Notes: a model not told the origin generated them from the letters alone. Positions 8,847-18,826 are shown, counted from the first letter of the stretch. The stretch is DNA of 64,000 nucleotides from Minisyncoccota bacterium (GCA_041674225.1 JBAYWG010000001.1:102501-166500); one strand, 5' to 3'. Numbers and translations are program-made.

Positions 8847-9158
8847 TTAAATCGCCTTTTTCCGTCTCGCCATATTAGCAATTTTATTCAAAGCAGATTG
8901 ATAAATTTCGCTTTTTTCTTCGGCGTTCCAATTTGAGTCTTTAGAAAAAGGTTCAAAAAATTCTTTCATGGCAACCTCTTCTGGAAATGCAGGGCTTTTG
9001 ACCTCTGCTATATTCATCGCACAGAAATTAATCAGACGTGCAAAAAATGTTCTGGAATCTTTACTTTTAAGTTCCAATTGCTTTCGTTCAATCCATTCTG
9101 CATTAAGAGCCATCAAAAACTCCCGTTCTCCTGGTATTTCCTCTCTTGGTCCTATCAT
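8847..9158 (-). CDS. Hypothetical protein (103 aa)
   Basis: ORF only. Confidence 0.45.
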   Translation of the reverse strand: MIGPREEIPGEREFLMALNAEWIERKQLELKSKDSRTFFARLINFCAMNIAEVKSPAFPEEVAMKEFFEPFSKDSNWNAEEKSEIYQSALNKIANMARRKKAI

Positions 9159-9243
9159 GTGGTAATTGTATTAGGTTCTAGTTTCTATTCAAATTCCCCA
9201 ACACCTTAACAAAATTGTCAAAAAATGCAATCTTGCCGAGAAA

Positions 9244-9996
9244 CTAGATTTTCTTAAAAACCAAACACATAAAAAGTGGAATCTCTTTTCGAGCTAGATT
9301 TTCAGCTTTTGCCCACGGACCATTTTCACTTTTTCTATGAGAAATCCATTCTTCTAGTTTTGTCACAGCGAATCCTTCTTTTGCAAAAGACTTCATATAA
9401 ACTTGTAGTGGTCGATGATAGCTTTGTGTAAATTGTTTTTTAAACTTCTTTCCAGGAGTCATGTCTATTTTGGCTTCAAACTCGCTCATGTAGGCATCTA
9501 CTCTTCTGTATTGTAGCTTTGGTTCTTTATCCATTCCCCACGCGCTGTGGCCCGGAATTCGAAAAGATGGATGATTCAAAACTATGCACACTCGCCCATT
9601 TGGTTTTAGAAGTCGAGAAACATTTTGTACTACAGCAGAAATATTTTTCATATTTTGGAGAGCCAAAACAATTGTAATAACATCAAAAGTTTTTCCCTTT
9701 AAAATATTTTGATCGTCTGCGCTCGCAACAATTAATTCTGCAGGAATTTCTCTTTCTCGCGCTTTTTCGATGAGAGCTTTTCCTAAATCAACTCCGGTAA
9801 TTTTATCCGAGATGCTTGAAAATTTTTCCAAAAAGAAACCTTGCCCACAACCCAGTTCTAGAAGTGATTCGTTTGAATTTAAATCAACGACTCTCAAAAG
9901 ATTTGGTAGCACAACTTGCGAATGATAAGTATTATCATCGTTTAAATGTTTGTCGTACCACTCGGCGACATTTCCCCATGAGGTGTCTTTTTGCAT
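9244..9996 (-). CDS. Class I SAM-dependent methyltransferase
   Basis: Motif I LELGCGQGFF. Methyltransf_11/25-like spacing. Confidence 0.8.
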   Translation of the reverse strand: MQKDTSWGNVAEWYDKHLNDDNTYHSQVVLPNLLRVVDLNSNESLLELGCGQGFFLEKFSSISDKITGVDLGKALIEKAREREIPAELIVASADDQNILKGKTFDVITIVLALQNMKNISAVVQNVSRLLKPNGRVCIVLNHPSFRIPGHSAWGMDKEPKLQYRRVDAYMSEFEAKIDMTPGKKFKKQFTQSYHRPLQVYMKSFAKEGFAVTKLEEWISHRKSENGPWAKAENLARKEIPLFMCLVFKKI

Positions 9997-10008
9997 ATGA
10001 GTAGGAGT

Positions 10009-10365
10009 CTATATAAAAATAACCAAAACAGCAACCAATACACCTAACAGTCCACCAATAAAAACTTGAAACGGCGTATGGACTCTAATTTGTAATCTCC
10101 AAAAAGTAATAGCCACGGCACCTGAAATAATTACACTCACTAACATAATCTTTGAAATTAAATCTATATTTAAATTAAAAATAAAATAAGTGAAGAAAGA
10201 TGCTAAGGCAAACGACATGCTCGTATGACCACTTGGAAAAGAATAATCACACAATTTTACCAACGCATTTTTGGGTCGTTTAATTTTTGTAATATTTTTT
10301 ATTAAAATCGTAAGCAGCGCCGTGATTGAAATTATTAAAATAAGTTGTGTTAAGGGATCTGACAT
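10009..10365 (-). CDS. PAP2-family phosphatase (small membrane form)
   Basis: KX6RP (KNITKIKRP), PSGH (SFPSGHTS) and R…H (RVHTP) motifs. Confidence 0.6.
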   Translation of the reverse strand: MSDPLTQLILIISITALLTILIKNITKIKRPKNALVKLCDYSFPSGHTSMSFALASFFTYFIFNLNIDLISKIMLVSVIISGAVAITFWRLQIRVHTPFQVFIGGLLGVLVAVLVIFI

Positions 10366-10826
10366 TGAAAACTTTTATGACTTTTAACAAAATATTCCTC
10401 AAACTCTTTTTTGTATCTATTAAAAGTAAAAGCAAAACCTGTGTGCAAAGGTTCGGGAAGTTCGTTTATCGGAAACCATTTTATTTCTTCAATTTTATGT
10501 GGCTCACCGTTTATTACTTCGTCTGGATTAACTTTTATAAAAAACGGAACGGCGATCCAATGAGTTTTTTGTCCGTCTTGTTCTCGAAAAATATCATGTG
10601 CCGGAAGCTCTCCTTCTATCACACCTTTGCAACCATATTCTTCTAAAACTTCTTGAAGAACATTTTCTTCCATAGATAAATCAAATTCCATTTTTCCAGA
10701 ACCAGTATCCCAGCGACCGTGTTCGTCCCTACATTCAGTAGTTCTTTTATGCATCAAAATATTCCCCTTTCCATCGTGGCAATAAAAGGGTGTTGTGATG
10801 CCGATAAAGTCGAAACCGATTTTCAT
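10350..10826 (-). CDS. NUDIX hydrolase
   Basis: Nudix box G.5E.7.EVLEE.G (GSGKMEFDLSMEENVLQEVLEEYG). Confidence 0.75.
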   Translation of the reverse strand: MKIGFDFIGITTPFYCHDGKGNILMHKRTTECRDEHGRWDTGSGKMEFDLSMEENVLQEVLEEYGCKGVIEGELPAHDIFREQDGQKTHWIAVPFFIKVNPDEVINGEPHKIEEIKWFPINELPEPLHTGFAFTFNRYKKEFEEYFVKSHKSFQCQIP

Positions 10827-10857
10827 GTGGTTATTATACTACGCTCATTAAATTTCT

Positions 10858-10929
10858 GTGACTCTACGGAGAATCGAACTCCGATTTCCAGGATGAAAAC
10901 CTGATGTCCTAACCGTTAGACGATAGAGC
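10858..10929 (-). tRNA. tRNA-Glu (anticodon UUC), 72 nt, no encoded CCA
   Basis: Folded by hand. Acceptor GGCTCTA/TAGAGTC (one G-U), D arm GTCT/GGAC, anticodon stem TCAGG/CCTGG with loop TT-TTC-AT, T arm CGGAG-TTCGATT-CTCCG. Confidence 0.85.
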
Positions 10930-10985
10930 CGTGGCAAATAATATAACACTAAATGGCGAGATGTAAAAGGGTTTTTAAACGGCCT

Positions 10986-12368
10986 TTATAGGTACAATTG
11001 GCTTATATATTCCTTGATCCTTTGTACATCCCCCACTATGTCAGAGCTATTATTCAAAATAAATACCACAGGACGATCCTCCCCTTTGAATCTCATTTCA
11101 AAAATAACAGCCATTGAACCAGAAGTTTTTTGATCTAATTCAACCACTTCACCTTCTAAAGAAACATTTTCATCTATATCTAATTGTCCACCGATAAAAC
11201 TTTTATCTTCTGCGAACAAATTGTTTTTAAACAAATCATTAAACACAGCTACACCGTATGCACTATTTTCTAAATTCCCAGAACTAATTTTTAAAATAAA
11301 ACTTCGGTTGTTGTATAAATATTTTAGAAGCAAAAATAAATCTTGAGAAGTTGAAATATTTTCTTCACTTTCTCCAGTAGCATCTACAAAATTAGTCGAA
11401 GTCATCCCTACCGCTTTAGTTTTTTCATTCATCAAAGTCAGAAATCTTTTTTGTCCAAGCTTCGCAACAAATGCAGAAGCTGGTTCTGTTGAATCTTCCA
11501 AAAGAAGCGGGAACAAAAGATTATATGCAGACAAAACATTTCCACCTTTTAAAACAGAAGTCGATGTAGGAGAAATATTTTCAACAGGAATCATCAGGTC
11601 ATGATCTAGATTTATGTATTCACCAGACACAAGTGCTGTTAACAATTTTGTAGTTGAGCCAGCTGGGATTTGCGCGAAAGAATTTTTCTCTGTGAAAACG
11701 AAATTGTTTTTTAGATCCGCTATCAAATAATTTTCTGCCGTGATTTGCGGAGTCAGCATTGAGTATTTAAAATCATCCGACACAAAGTCTTGCTCAAAAA
11801 CTAAAACCGGCATTCCAACACTTGAGCTTTCAAAAACCTTTTTCGCATCTTCATCACTCAAACGAATACATCCTCCAGAAAAAGTTGAAGCCACAGGAGT
11901 TCCGTCTGGATAATACGGCCAACCATGAATAAAGAAGTTTCCTTCGAAAGCTAAGCTATATGGTTGATACACACTTCCAAAAGAAGAGAAATGATTTTCG
12001 GCTTTGTATTGAATTTTGTAAATTCCTGAAGGAGTCTCCCACCAAGAACCTTCACGCCCCTTTGTTTTTATCGGCACTTCAAAAGCGAATTCTCCTTCTT
12101 TATAAACTCTCAACACCATTCCAGTCAGATCCGCTTCGATGAAATCTTCTTTCCCAGTTTGCAATTTTTCTTTTGCTTTTTTGAAAAAATCAGCGTCAGC
12201 AAAAAGTGCATTTGAACCATACTCCAAAATATTTATCTTATCTTTTGCTTCACCTCCTAAAGAAAAAAATACATTCTTTTCTTTTATTAATTCTAGTTTA
12301 TAAACCAAAAATATCGCAACAAAAACCAGCGCCGCGAGCAAAGAGAATTTCACAATAAATGTTTTCAT
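10986..12368 (-). CDS. Bifunctional cell-wall enzyme: L,D-transpeptidase (YkuD) domain fused to a serine D-Ala-D-Ala carboxypeptidase (peptidase S11/PBP5-like) domain. Probable start MKTFIV…; the track ORF extends to 12428.
   Basis: HGWPYY…SGGCIRL (Ldt catalytic H/C) in the N-terminal half. PAGSTTKLLTALV (SxxK active site) in the C-terminal half. N-terminal signal anchor. Confidence 0.75.
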   Translation of the reverse strand: MKTFIVKFSLLAALVFVAIFLVYKLELIKEKNVFFSLGGEAKDKINILEYGSNALFADADFFKKAKEKLQTGKEDFIEADLTGMVLRVYKEGEFAFEVPIKTKGREGSWWETPSGIYKIQYKAENHFSSFGSVYQPYSLAFEGNFFIHGWPYYPDGTPVASTFSGGCIRLSDEDAKKVFESSSVGMPVLVFEQDFVSDDFKYSMLTPQITAENYLIADLKNNFVFTEKNSFAQIPAGSTTKLLTALVSGEYINLDHDLMIPVENISPTSTSVLKGGNVLSAYNLLFPLLLEDSTEPASAFVAKLGQKRFLTLMNEKTKAVGMTSTNFVDATGESEENISTSQDLFLLLKYLYNNRSFILKISSGNLENSAYGVAVFNDLFKNNLFAEDKSFIGGQLDIDENVSLEGEVVELDQKTSGSMAVIFEMRFKGEDRPVVFILNNSSDIVGDVQRIKEYISQLYL

Positions 12369-12450
12369 GTCTAAAAATAATATCACAAGGATTGAATAAT
12401 GTGTTTTGAAAAATGAAAAAACTCCCATATTTCAGGGAGTTGAAGTTGAA

Positions 12451-13260
12451 TCATTTGTTGTACTCTTTAAAGATTTTGATAGCCTCGAGCAAATATTTCT
12501 TGGCAATATCCCAATCAATCGGATCTCGTGCATCTCCACTTGAACGCAATCGTCCTTGAGCATCGATACTGACATAAGGAAACTCCTCAACAATTGGACG
12601 AACAACGTCCATCGTATCAGGACCAAGCCCACCAGCGACCGCAATACCGAGACGAGGAAGATCTTTGGTGATTTGATGGAGAAATGGGAGTAAAAACTCC
12701 GTATCCATCAACTTACCTTCACCGGCACTCTTGTCCAAAAGAACATAATGAACATTTCCATCATATTCACAAAGCTTGTCGACAAGTTTTCTCGGTGAAT
12801 TATCCACCATATCAAACGCAGTTGCATCGATCTGTAAGATAACCTTGAATGGATGCCTGTGCATTTTACGCACAGTATCAATTGCGACAAAATCAGGCCA
12901 GACCATGTCCAACTGAAGTGCATCGAGAAATGGCCCTGCGTATCCAACAGCTTTCAGCAACGACATATAAACATCATGGTATGAACGATTGACTCCATTA
13001 CCAAACTTATCGGCATAATGCAGACAGTTAATAATGGGAAAGCGCGGACCTGAAACAGAAAAAATCCTGCCCAGATGTTCTCTCTTTGGCCAAATATCAC
13101 CCCAACGAGAATGTTCTCCGTTGATTGTTTTGCGGCTACACATCACACCAACATGAAGATGGTGCATGTTTCCAGATTTGTTTTCATTGAAGAAAACGAG
13201 CATTTCTCGGACTTGTTCGAATGTTTCGAAATCCGTGATTCCAATATAAGGTTTCTGCAT
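12451..13260 (-). CDS. TrpF-like (phosphoribosylanthranilate isomerase fold) TIM-barrel protein, orphan
   Basis: C-terminal YVLLDKSAGEG…FLLPFL…GIAVAGGLGPD…SIDAQGRLRS aligns with TrpF YVLDNGQGGSG…LAGGLG…GLDFNS. Confidence 0.5.
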   Translation of the reverse strand: MQKPYIGITDFETFEQVREMLVFFNENKSGNMHHLHVGVMCSRKTINGEHSRWGDIWPKREHLGRIFSVSGPRFPIINCLHYADKFGNGVNRSYHDVYMSLLKAVGYAGPFLDALQLDMVWPDFVAIDTVRKMHRHPFKVILQIDATAFDMVDNSPRKLVDKLCEYDGNVHYVLLDKSAGEGKLMDTEFLLPFLHQITKDLPRLGIAVAGGLGPDTMDVVRPIVEEFPYVSIDAQGRLRSSGDARDPIDWDIAKKYLLEAIKIFKEYNK

Positions 13261-13338
13261 ATTTTAGGTTCTATGTTGTTCGGGCCAACACTATCAAATT
13301 AATTTACAAAAGCCAATAAAACAGCTAGATTAGCAAGT

Positions 13339-14499
13339 ATGAAAATACTTGGAATCGAGACATCTTGTGATGAAACAGCGCTTTGCTTAATAGAAGCAGA
13401 CAGCGGTATTTCTGCGCCAAAATTTGAGATTCTAAACACAGCGCTTTTTTCTCAAATTGAAATTCATAAAGAATTCGGGGGAGTCTTCCCTGCTGTCGCA
13501 AAAAGAGAACATGCTAAAAAACTTGTTCCATTAATGAGTGAACTTTTAAAAAATCATCCGACAACTGATTACGATTATGCAGAAATTAATTGGAAGAAAG
13601 TTGAAGAAATTTTAAATCGTGAATATGAACTTTTTTCTGAGTTGAAAAAATGTATAGGAGAGAATTTTGTAGCAAAAAACTTACGCCCAGATTTTGAAAT
13701 GATTGCAGTCACAAGCGGACCAGGACTTGAGCCAGCACTTTGGGTTGGAATAAATTTTGCTCGAGCGATTTCTGAAATTTTTCAAATTCCAGTTTTGCCG
13801 GTGAATCATATGGAAGGTCATATTGTTTCTGTTTTGACTGAAAAAGAAAATCCCAACTTCCCTGCTATTTCCCTTTTGATTTCTGGAGGACACACAGAAA
13901 TAATCGAGATTGAATCTTGGGGAAATTATAAAAAAATTGGAGAGACTTTAGATGACGCTGTAGGTGAAGCGTATGACAAGGTCGCGCGAATGGTCGGTTT
14001 AGAATATCCGGGTGGGCCACAAATATCACGCCTAGCACAAAGTGCGCGCGACCTAAATCTCTCTGACGAGCAAATCGTTTTCCCTCGCCCAATGCTTCAC
14101 ACACCTGATTTAAATTTTTCTCTTTCAGGTTTAAAAACTGCGGTGCTTTATAAAATAAAAGAACTTGGCGAATTAGATGAAATCAAAAAACAAATTATTG
14201 CAAAAGAGTTTGAACAAGCTGTAGTGGATGTGATAAATATGAAAACTAAAAAAGCGATTGAGCAAACAGGTGCACAATCTCTGATTGTCGGTGGAGGTGT
14301 AATTGCAAATAAATATATCCGCGAGAATTTATCTAAAATTGCAGAAGAAAAAAATATTCCAGTTCATTTCCCCACAACAGAACTTTCAACCGACAACGCT
14401 GTCATGATCTCAATCGCTGGCTACCTAAAATCTTTCCGCCAATCTCCCGAAATTTGTCCCGATATTAAAGCCGAGGGAAATTTGAGTTTGAATATTTAA
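13339..14499 (+). CDS. tsaD: tRNA N6-adenosine threonylcarbamoyltransferase TsaD (Kae1/YgjD)
   Basis: MKILGIETSCDETA, HMEGH, GGGV.AN. Confidence 0.9.
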   Translation: MKILGIETSCDETALCLIEADSGISAPKFEILNTALFSQIEIHKEFGGVFPAVAKREHAKKLVPLMSELLKNHPTTDYDYAEINWKKVEEILNREYELFSELKKCIGENFVAKNLRPDFEMIAVTSGPGLEPALWVGINFARAISEIFQIPVLPVNHMEGHIVSVLTEKENPNFPAISLLISGGHTEIIEIESWGNYKKIGETLDDAVGEAYDKVARMVGLEYPGGPQISRLAQSARDLNLSDEQIVFPRPMLHTPDLNFSLSGLKTAVLYKIKELGELDEIKKQIIAKEFEQAVVDVINMKTKKAIEQTGAQSLIVGGGVIANKYIRENLSKIAEEKNIPVHFPTTELSTDNAVMISIAGYLKSFRQSPEICPDIKAEGNLSLNI

Positions 14500-14538
14500 A
14501 CACTTCTAAAATAAGCCATTTTCTGCTAAAATCGCATA

Positions 14539-16740
14539 ATGAATGAGAAATTTTTAAACCCGTACGATCCGGCTTCTACAGAGGCTCGAATCTATAAACT
14601 CTGGGAAGAATCAGGTCTTTTTAATCCTGAAAAATGTATTGTTGAAGGACACACATCTGACAGTGCTGAACCATTCACAATCATCCTTCCTCCTCCGAAC
14701 GTAACAGGAACTCTCCACCTTGGGCACGCCGATATGGTTGCAATTCAAGACACGATTATTCGATACAAAAGAATGAGTGGTTTCAGAACACTTTGGCTTC
14801 CAGGAACAGATCACGCTGCAATTGCAACTCAATCTAAAGTTGAGAAAATTTTGTCTAAAGACGGAATTCGAAAAAATGATTTAGGTCGTGAAGAATTTTT
14901 GAAACGCGTTGAAGATTTTGCACAAGAAAGTCACGACACAATTATTTCTCAATTGAAATCTATGGGAGCTTCTCTAGATTGGAGTCGTGAAGCATATACC
15001 CTTGATAAGATTCGCGAACGAGCAGTGCAAACAGCTTTCAAAAATATGTACGAAGACGGTTTGATTTATCGCGGAGAAAGAATTGTGAACTGGGATCCAA
15101 AAGGACAAACAACAATTTCTGATGATGAAATTGTTTATGAAGAAAGAGATGCGACTCTTTATACTTTTAAATATTCACCAGACTTCCCTATTTCAATTTC
15201 AACAACTCGTCCAGAAACAAAACTTGGTGACACTGCTGTAGCTGTGCACCCAGATGATGAACGATACAAAAAATACATAGGACAAACTTTTGATGTAAAT
15301 TTTATTGGTGTTGATCTAAAAATTAAAATCGTTTCAGATGAAAATGTTGAACCTGATTTTGGAACAGGAGCTCTTGGTGTAACTCCCGCACACAGTCATA
15401 TCGATTTTGATATCGCAAAGAAAAATTCTCTTCCTTTAATAAAAGTTATCAACGAATTTGCAAAAATTTCTGAAAATATTCCTGCACCTTTTACCGGCTT
15501 GAAAGTTTTGGATGCGCGAAATCTTGTTGTAGAAAAACTTCGTGAAGCTGGATTGATTGAAAAAGAAGAAACAACAAAACAAAATATTTCAACAGCCGAA
15601 AGAACTGGCGGAATTATTGAACCACTTCCAAAACTTCAATGGTGGATTGATGTAAACAAAGAGTTTGCAATAAAAAATTCACAGATCGACGGAATAAAAA
15701 CCGGAGATAAAGTAACTCTGAAGAAACTGATGCATCAAGTGGTTGAAAATAATCAAATTGAAATTTTGCCTGAAAGATTTTCAAAAACTTACTATAACTG
15801 GATCGATAACTTGCACGACTGGTGTATATCAAGACAAATTTGGTACGGACACAGAATTCCGGTTTGGTATAAAGGGACAGAAATTTTTGTGGGTGCTGAA
15901 GCTCCGTCTTCGGAATGGATTCAAGACGAAGATACACTCGACACATGGTTTTCATCTGGACTTTGGACTTTCTCAACTCTTGGATGGCCAGACGAAACTG
16001 AAGACATGAAAATTTATCATCCAACAAATGTTTTGGAAACTGGATACGATATTATTTTCTTCTGGGTTGCGAGAATGATTTTGATGAGTACATATCACCT
16101 AGGACAAATTCCTTTTAAAACAGTTTATCTTCATGGATTAGTGCGAGATGAAAAAGGTGTGAAGATGAGTAAATCTCTTGGTAATACTATTGATCCTGTT
16201 GAAGTGGCAAACGAATACGGAGCAGACGCTGTGCGAATGGCTCTACTTGTGGGAGTTGGACCTGGAGCTGACTCAAATCTTGGTGAAAACAAAATCAAAG
16301 CATACAAAAAGTTTTCAAATAAAATTTGGAACATTGCTAGATTTATTCAAGAAAATGTTGGTAACAGCTTATACAATCCAAATTACACACTTACAAATAT
16401 CGACAAAATTACTCTCGAAGAACTTACAGCCACAATCGCCGAAGTCACAGACGATATCGAAAATTACCGATTATATCTTGCAAGTGAAAAACTTTATCAT
16501 TTCACGTGGCATAAATTTGCAGATGAAATTTTGGAAGAAAGTAAAAATATTTTTAAAACTGATATTGAAGCAGAAATTGAATCTCGAAAACAACTTCTAA
16601 TGAGAATGTTTGATAATTTATTAAAAACGCTTCACCCATTTATTCCGTTTATAACTGAAGAAATTAATCAATCTTTGTCGTACAATAATGACAAGACTCT
16701 ATTAATGGTACAAAAGTGGCCATTGTTGTCTGATAAATAA
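14539..16740 (+). CDS. valS: Valine--tRNA ligase (compact form)
   Basis: PPPNVTGTLHLGHA (HIGH region, ValRS type) and KMSKSLGN. Confidence 0.85.
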   Translation: MNEKFLNPYDPASTEARIYKLWEESGLFNPEKCIVEGHTSDSAEPFTIILPPPNVTGTLHLGHADMVAIQDTIIRYKRMSGFRTLWLPGTDHAAIATQSKVEKILSKDGIRKNDLGREEFLKRVEDFAQESHDTIISQLKSMGASLDWSREAYTLDKIRERAVQTAFKNMYEDGLIYRGERIVNWDPKGQTTISDDEIVYEERDATLYTFKYSPDFPISISTTRPETKLGDTAVAVHPDDERYKKYIGQTFDVNFIGVDLKIKIVSDENVEPDFGTGALGVTPAHSHIDFDIAKKNSLPLIKVINEFAKISENIPAPFTGLKVLDARNLVVEKLREAGLIEKEETTKQNISTAERTGGIIEPLPKLQWWIDVNKEFAIKNSQIDGIKTGDKVTLKKLMHQVVENNQIEILPERFSKTYYNWIDNLHDWCISRQIWYGHRIPVWYKGTEIFVGAEAPSSEWIQDEDTLDTWFSSGLWTFSTLGWPDETEDMKIYHPTNVLETGYDIIFFWVARMILMSTYHLGQIPFKTVYLHGLVRDEKGVKMSKSLGNTIDPVEVANEYGADAVRMALLVGVGPGADSNLGENKIKAYKKFSNKIWNIARFIQENVGNSLYNPNYTLTNIDKITLEELTATIAEVTDDIENYRLYLASEKLYHFTWHKFADEILEESKNIFKTDIEAEIESRKQLLMRMFDNLLKTLHPFIPFITEEINQSLSYNNDKTLLMVQKWPLLSDK

Positions 16741-17483
16741 TGTTTGACACACCAACTATAATTTTTACTTTAACAGGTGGAATCCTTCCCGCTTTAATTT
16801 GGTTAACTTTTTGGCTAAGAGAAGATTCTATCCACCCTGAACCAAAGAAGCTAATCTTTACTACTTTTGTTTTTGGAATGTTAACAGTGCCATGTGCATT
16901 GGCATTTCAACTTTTAGTAAATAAATTTTTATTTGTTGGAGCAGATGTTCACACGATTTTTGAAAATACAATTGCGTTTTCAATTCCGGGAATATTGATG
17001 CTTATCGTGTGGGCATTGTCTGAAGAATTTGCAAAATATTTTGCCGCTTATCATGGAGGATTAAAAAAAGAAGACAATGATGAAGCTGTTGATGACATGA
17101 TTTACATGATTAGTGCAGCTCTTGGTTTTGCTGCATTAGAAAATGCATTATTTATTTTTGGACCTCTTCTAACTGGCGACACTGAAATTGCAATCTCGAC
17201 AGGAAATCTAAGATTTATTGGAGCAACACTTCTACATGTGGCAACTGCTTCTATTATCGGTGCGTTTCGTGCTTTTTCTCATTTCAAAACTAATGAAATT
17301 AAAAAAACATATATATTCAGTGGGTTTATTATTGCAATTGCGTTGCATACTGCGTTTAATTTATTTATAATTAAAAATGCTGAAGGCGCATTTATGGCTT
17401 TCTCCACTGTTTGGATTATCATAATAATTATTATTTTAATTTTTGAACGCGTGAAGAAAATTTACGTAGAAAAAATAAAATAA
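16740..17483 (+). CDS. PrsW-family intramembrane protease-like membrane protein
   Basis: Polytopic protein with SEEFAKYFAAYHG (EExxK…FxxxH) motifs. Start overlaps the valS stop (TAATG). Confidence 0.6.
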   Translation: MFDTPTIIFTLTGGILPALIWLTFWLREDSIHPEPKKLIFTTFVFGMLTVPCALAFQLLVNKFLFVGADVHTIFENTIAFSIPGILMLIVWALSEEFAKYFAAYHGGLKKEDNDEAVDDMIYMISAALGFAALENALFIFGPLLTGDTEIAISTGNLRFIGATLLHVATASIIGAFRAFSHFKTNEIKKTYIFSGFIIAIALHTAFNLFIIKNAEGAFMAFSTVWIIIIIIILIFERVKKIYVEKIK

Positions 17484-17498
17484 ATCATCTTTTAAAAT

Positions 17499-18026
17499 AT
17501 GCTTAGAAAAAATAACAAAAAAAGATCTTTTTTTGAAAAATTAACTGGAGTTGTTCCAGCTGATGATTTTGATGATTTTGATTTTGAAGAGAGAGAAGCT
17601 CCTACAAGACAAGCGCCAAGAAGATTTTATGAAGAATCTATAGATGAAGAAGAAAATTCCTTTGATTCTGAAATTGATCACCCACAACCCACTCAAGACG
17701 GTCAATTGGCTGTTGATGTTTTAAATACAGACGATGCAATTATCGTGCGTGCAATGCTGGCTGGTGTTAAACCGTCTGATATTGATATCGATATCGCTCG
17801 AGACCTGGTGACAATCCGCGGAACCAGACAAGAAGAACACGAGGTATCTGAAGACAACTACTACCATAAAGAGCTTTTCTGGGGTTCATTTTCAAGAAAC
17901 ATCCTACTACCAGAAGAAATCGATGTAGATCAGGCTGAAGCTATCGAAAAGAATGGTCTTTTAGTCCTGAAACTGCCCAAATTAGACAAAAAAAGGAAGG
18001 CAAAGCTGATTGTGAAAGGAAAGTAA
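17499..18026 (+). CDS. Hsp20/alpha-crystallin small heat-shock protein
   Basis: ACD signature AVDV..T.D…V…LAGV…DI.I…L.I.G, …G.L.L.LPK. Confidence 0.8.
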   Translation: MLRKNNKKRSFFEKLTGVVPADDFDDFDFEEREAPTRQAPRRFYEESIDEEENSFDSEIDHPQPTQDGQLAVDVLNTDDAIIVRAMLAGVKPSDIDIDIARDLVTIRGTRQEEHEVSEDNYYHKELFWGSFSRNILLPEEIDVDQAEAIEKNGLLVLKLPKLDKKRKAKLIVKGK

Positions 18027-18028
18027 AA

Positions 18029-18053
18029 AATGGCCCATTTGGGGCCATTTTCG
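18029..18053 (+). terminator. Rho-independent terminator AATGGCCC-ATTTG-GGGCCATT followed by TTT
   Basis: GC stem plus T-run after the Hsp20 gene. Confidence 0.6.
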
Positions 18054-18073
18054 CTTCTAAAACTTAAATTTTA

Positions 18074-18149
18074 TGGTGTCAGGAGGCGGGCTCGAACCGC
18101 CGACCCTTCCCTCTTCAGGGGAATGCTCTACCAACTGAGCTATCCTGAC
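18074..18149 (-). tRNA. tRNA-Phe (anticodon GAA), 76 nt with encoded CCA
   Basis: Acceptor GTCAGGA/TCCTGAC, D arm GCTC-AGTTGGTAG-AGC, anticodon loop CT-GAA-GA, T arm GGCGG-TTCGAGC-CCGCC, ACCA 3' end. Confidence 0.9.
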
Positions 18150-18155
18150 GTGTGA

Positions 18156-18473
18156 TTATTCTGAGCCTCCAATTCTAAATGTTTGAAGCAGATTCTGCAA
18201 CCCCGACGAATCCAGTGCAGTATTTGTCTGAGTTTTAAACTGGTTCACACTTTCTGTAGTTTCTTGAATCTGAGCGTACATCATTAACATTTTTTCAAAG
18301 TATGGCTGGATCAAAACCCAAGACCAGATTGTAATAATAATTAGAATAATCCATTTTAGAGAATGAATTATGTTTCCAATAAATTGCCCCCTCCGCATTT
18401 TTCGAAGGATCTGATTATTTTCTTTTGCGAGATCTGCTGTTTCTTGAAGTAGTCTTTTTTCTTCGGGTGTCAT
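18156..18473 (-). CDS. Hypothetical membrane protein (105 aa)
   Basis: ORF with one TM segment. Confidence 0.45.
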   Translation of the reverse strand: MTPEEKRLLQETADLAKENNQILRKMRRGQFIGNIIHSLKWIILIIITIWSWVLIQPYFEKMLMMYAQIQETTESVNQFKTQTNTALDSSGLQNLLQTFRIGGSE

Positions 18474-18550
18474 TAGAGTATTTTAACAGATTTTTAAAAG
18501 AATTGCATGAGGAATATTTATTTGGTAATTTAATTCTAAATTTGAATCAT

Positions 18551-18823
18551 ATGAACATAAGTTTCTTTATGGAACACCCTTGTGGTAGAGGTTTGATTGT
18601 AGACAACGCTGTTATTTTTTCCATAACAACACACCAATACAATCAACTATCGATTTCTGAAAAAGCTTTTGTAACTTGGTATATCAACGAAACAAATCAA
18701 GGTATGCTTGGATTACAAATAGGTCAGGATATTCAAAATTCTCACGAGGTAAGTCTCTTGATGGATGCACCTCAAGAATATCTCTGTGCGGTATTCATGA
18801 AATTGATTCTTTCCAAATCTTAA
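18551..18823 (+). CDS. Possible small protein (~90 aa from MNISFF…) with its own downstream terminator. Alternatively a non-coding transcript.
   Basis: ORF on the plus strand ends 4 nt before a plus-strand terminator (18827-18860). No homology recognised. Confidence 0.3.
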   Translation: MNISFFMEHPCGRGLIVDNAVIFSITTHQYNQLSISEKAFVTWYINETNQGMLGLQIGQDIQNSHEVSLLMDAPQEYLCAVFMKLILSKS

Positions 18824-18826
18824 CCC

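Noticed and set aside
10347-10646. ORF 10347..10646 (+), 99 aa
   Set aside because: It is antisense to the NUDIX gene, whose Nudix box is unambiguous.
12432-12947. ORFs 12432..12644 and 12708..12947 (-) inside the TrpF-like gene region
   Set aside because: They are alternative frames nested in the longer, motif-bearing 12451..13260 ORF.
18425-18550. N-terminal part of track ORF 18425..18823 (+)
   Set aside because: It overlaps the 5' end of the minus-strand gene 18156..18473. Only the portion from the internal ATG at 18551 is free-standing, and even that is low confidence.
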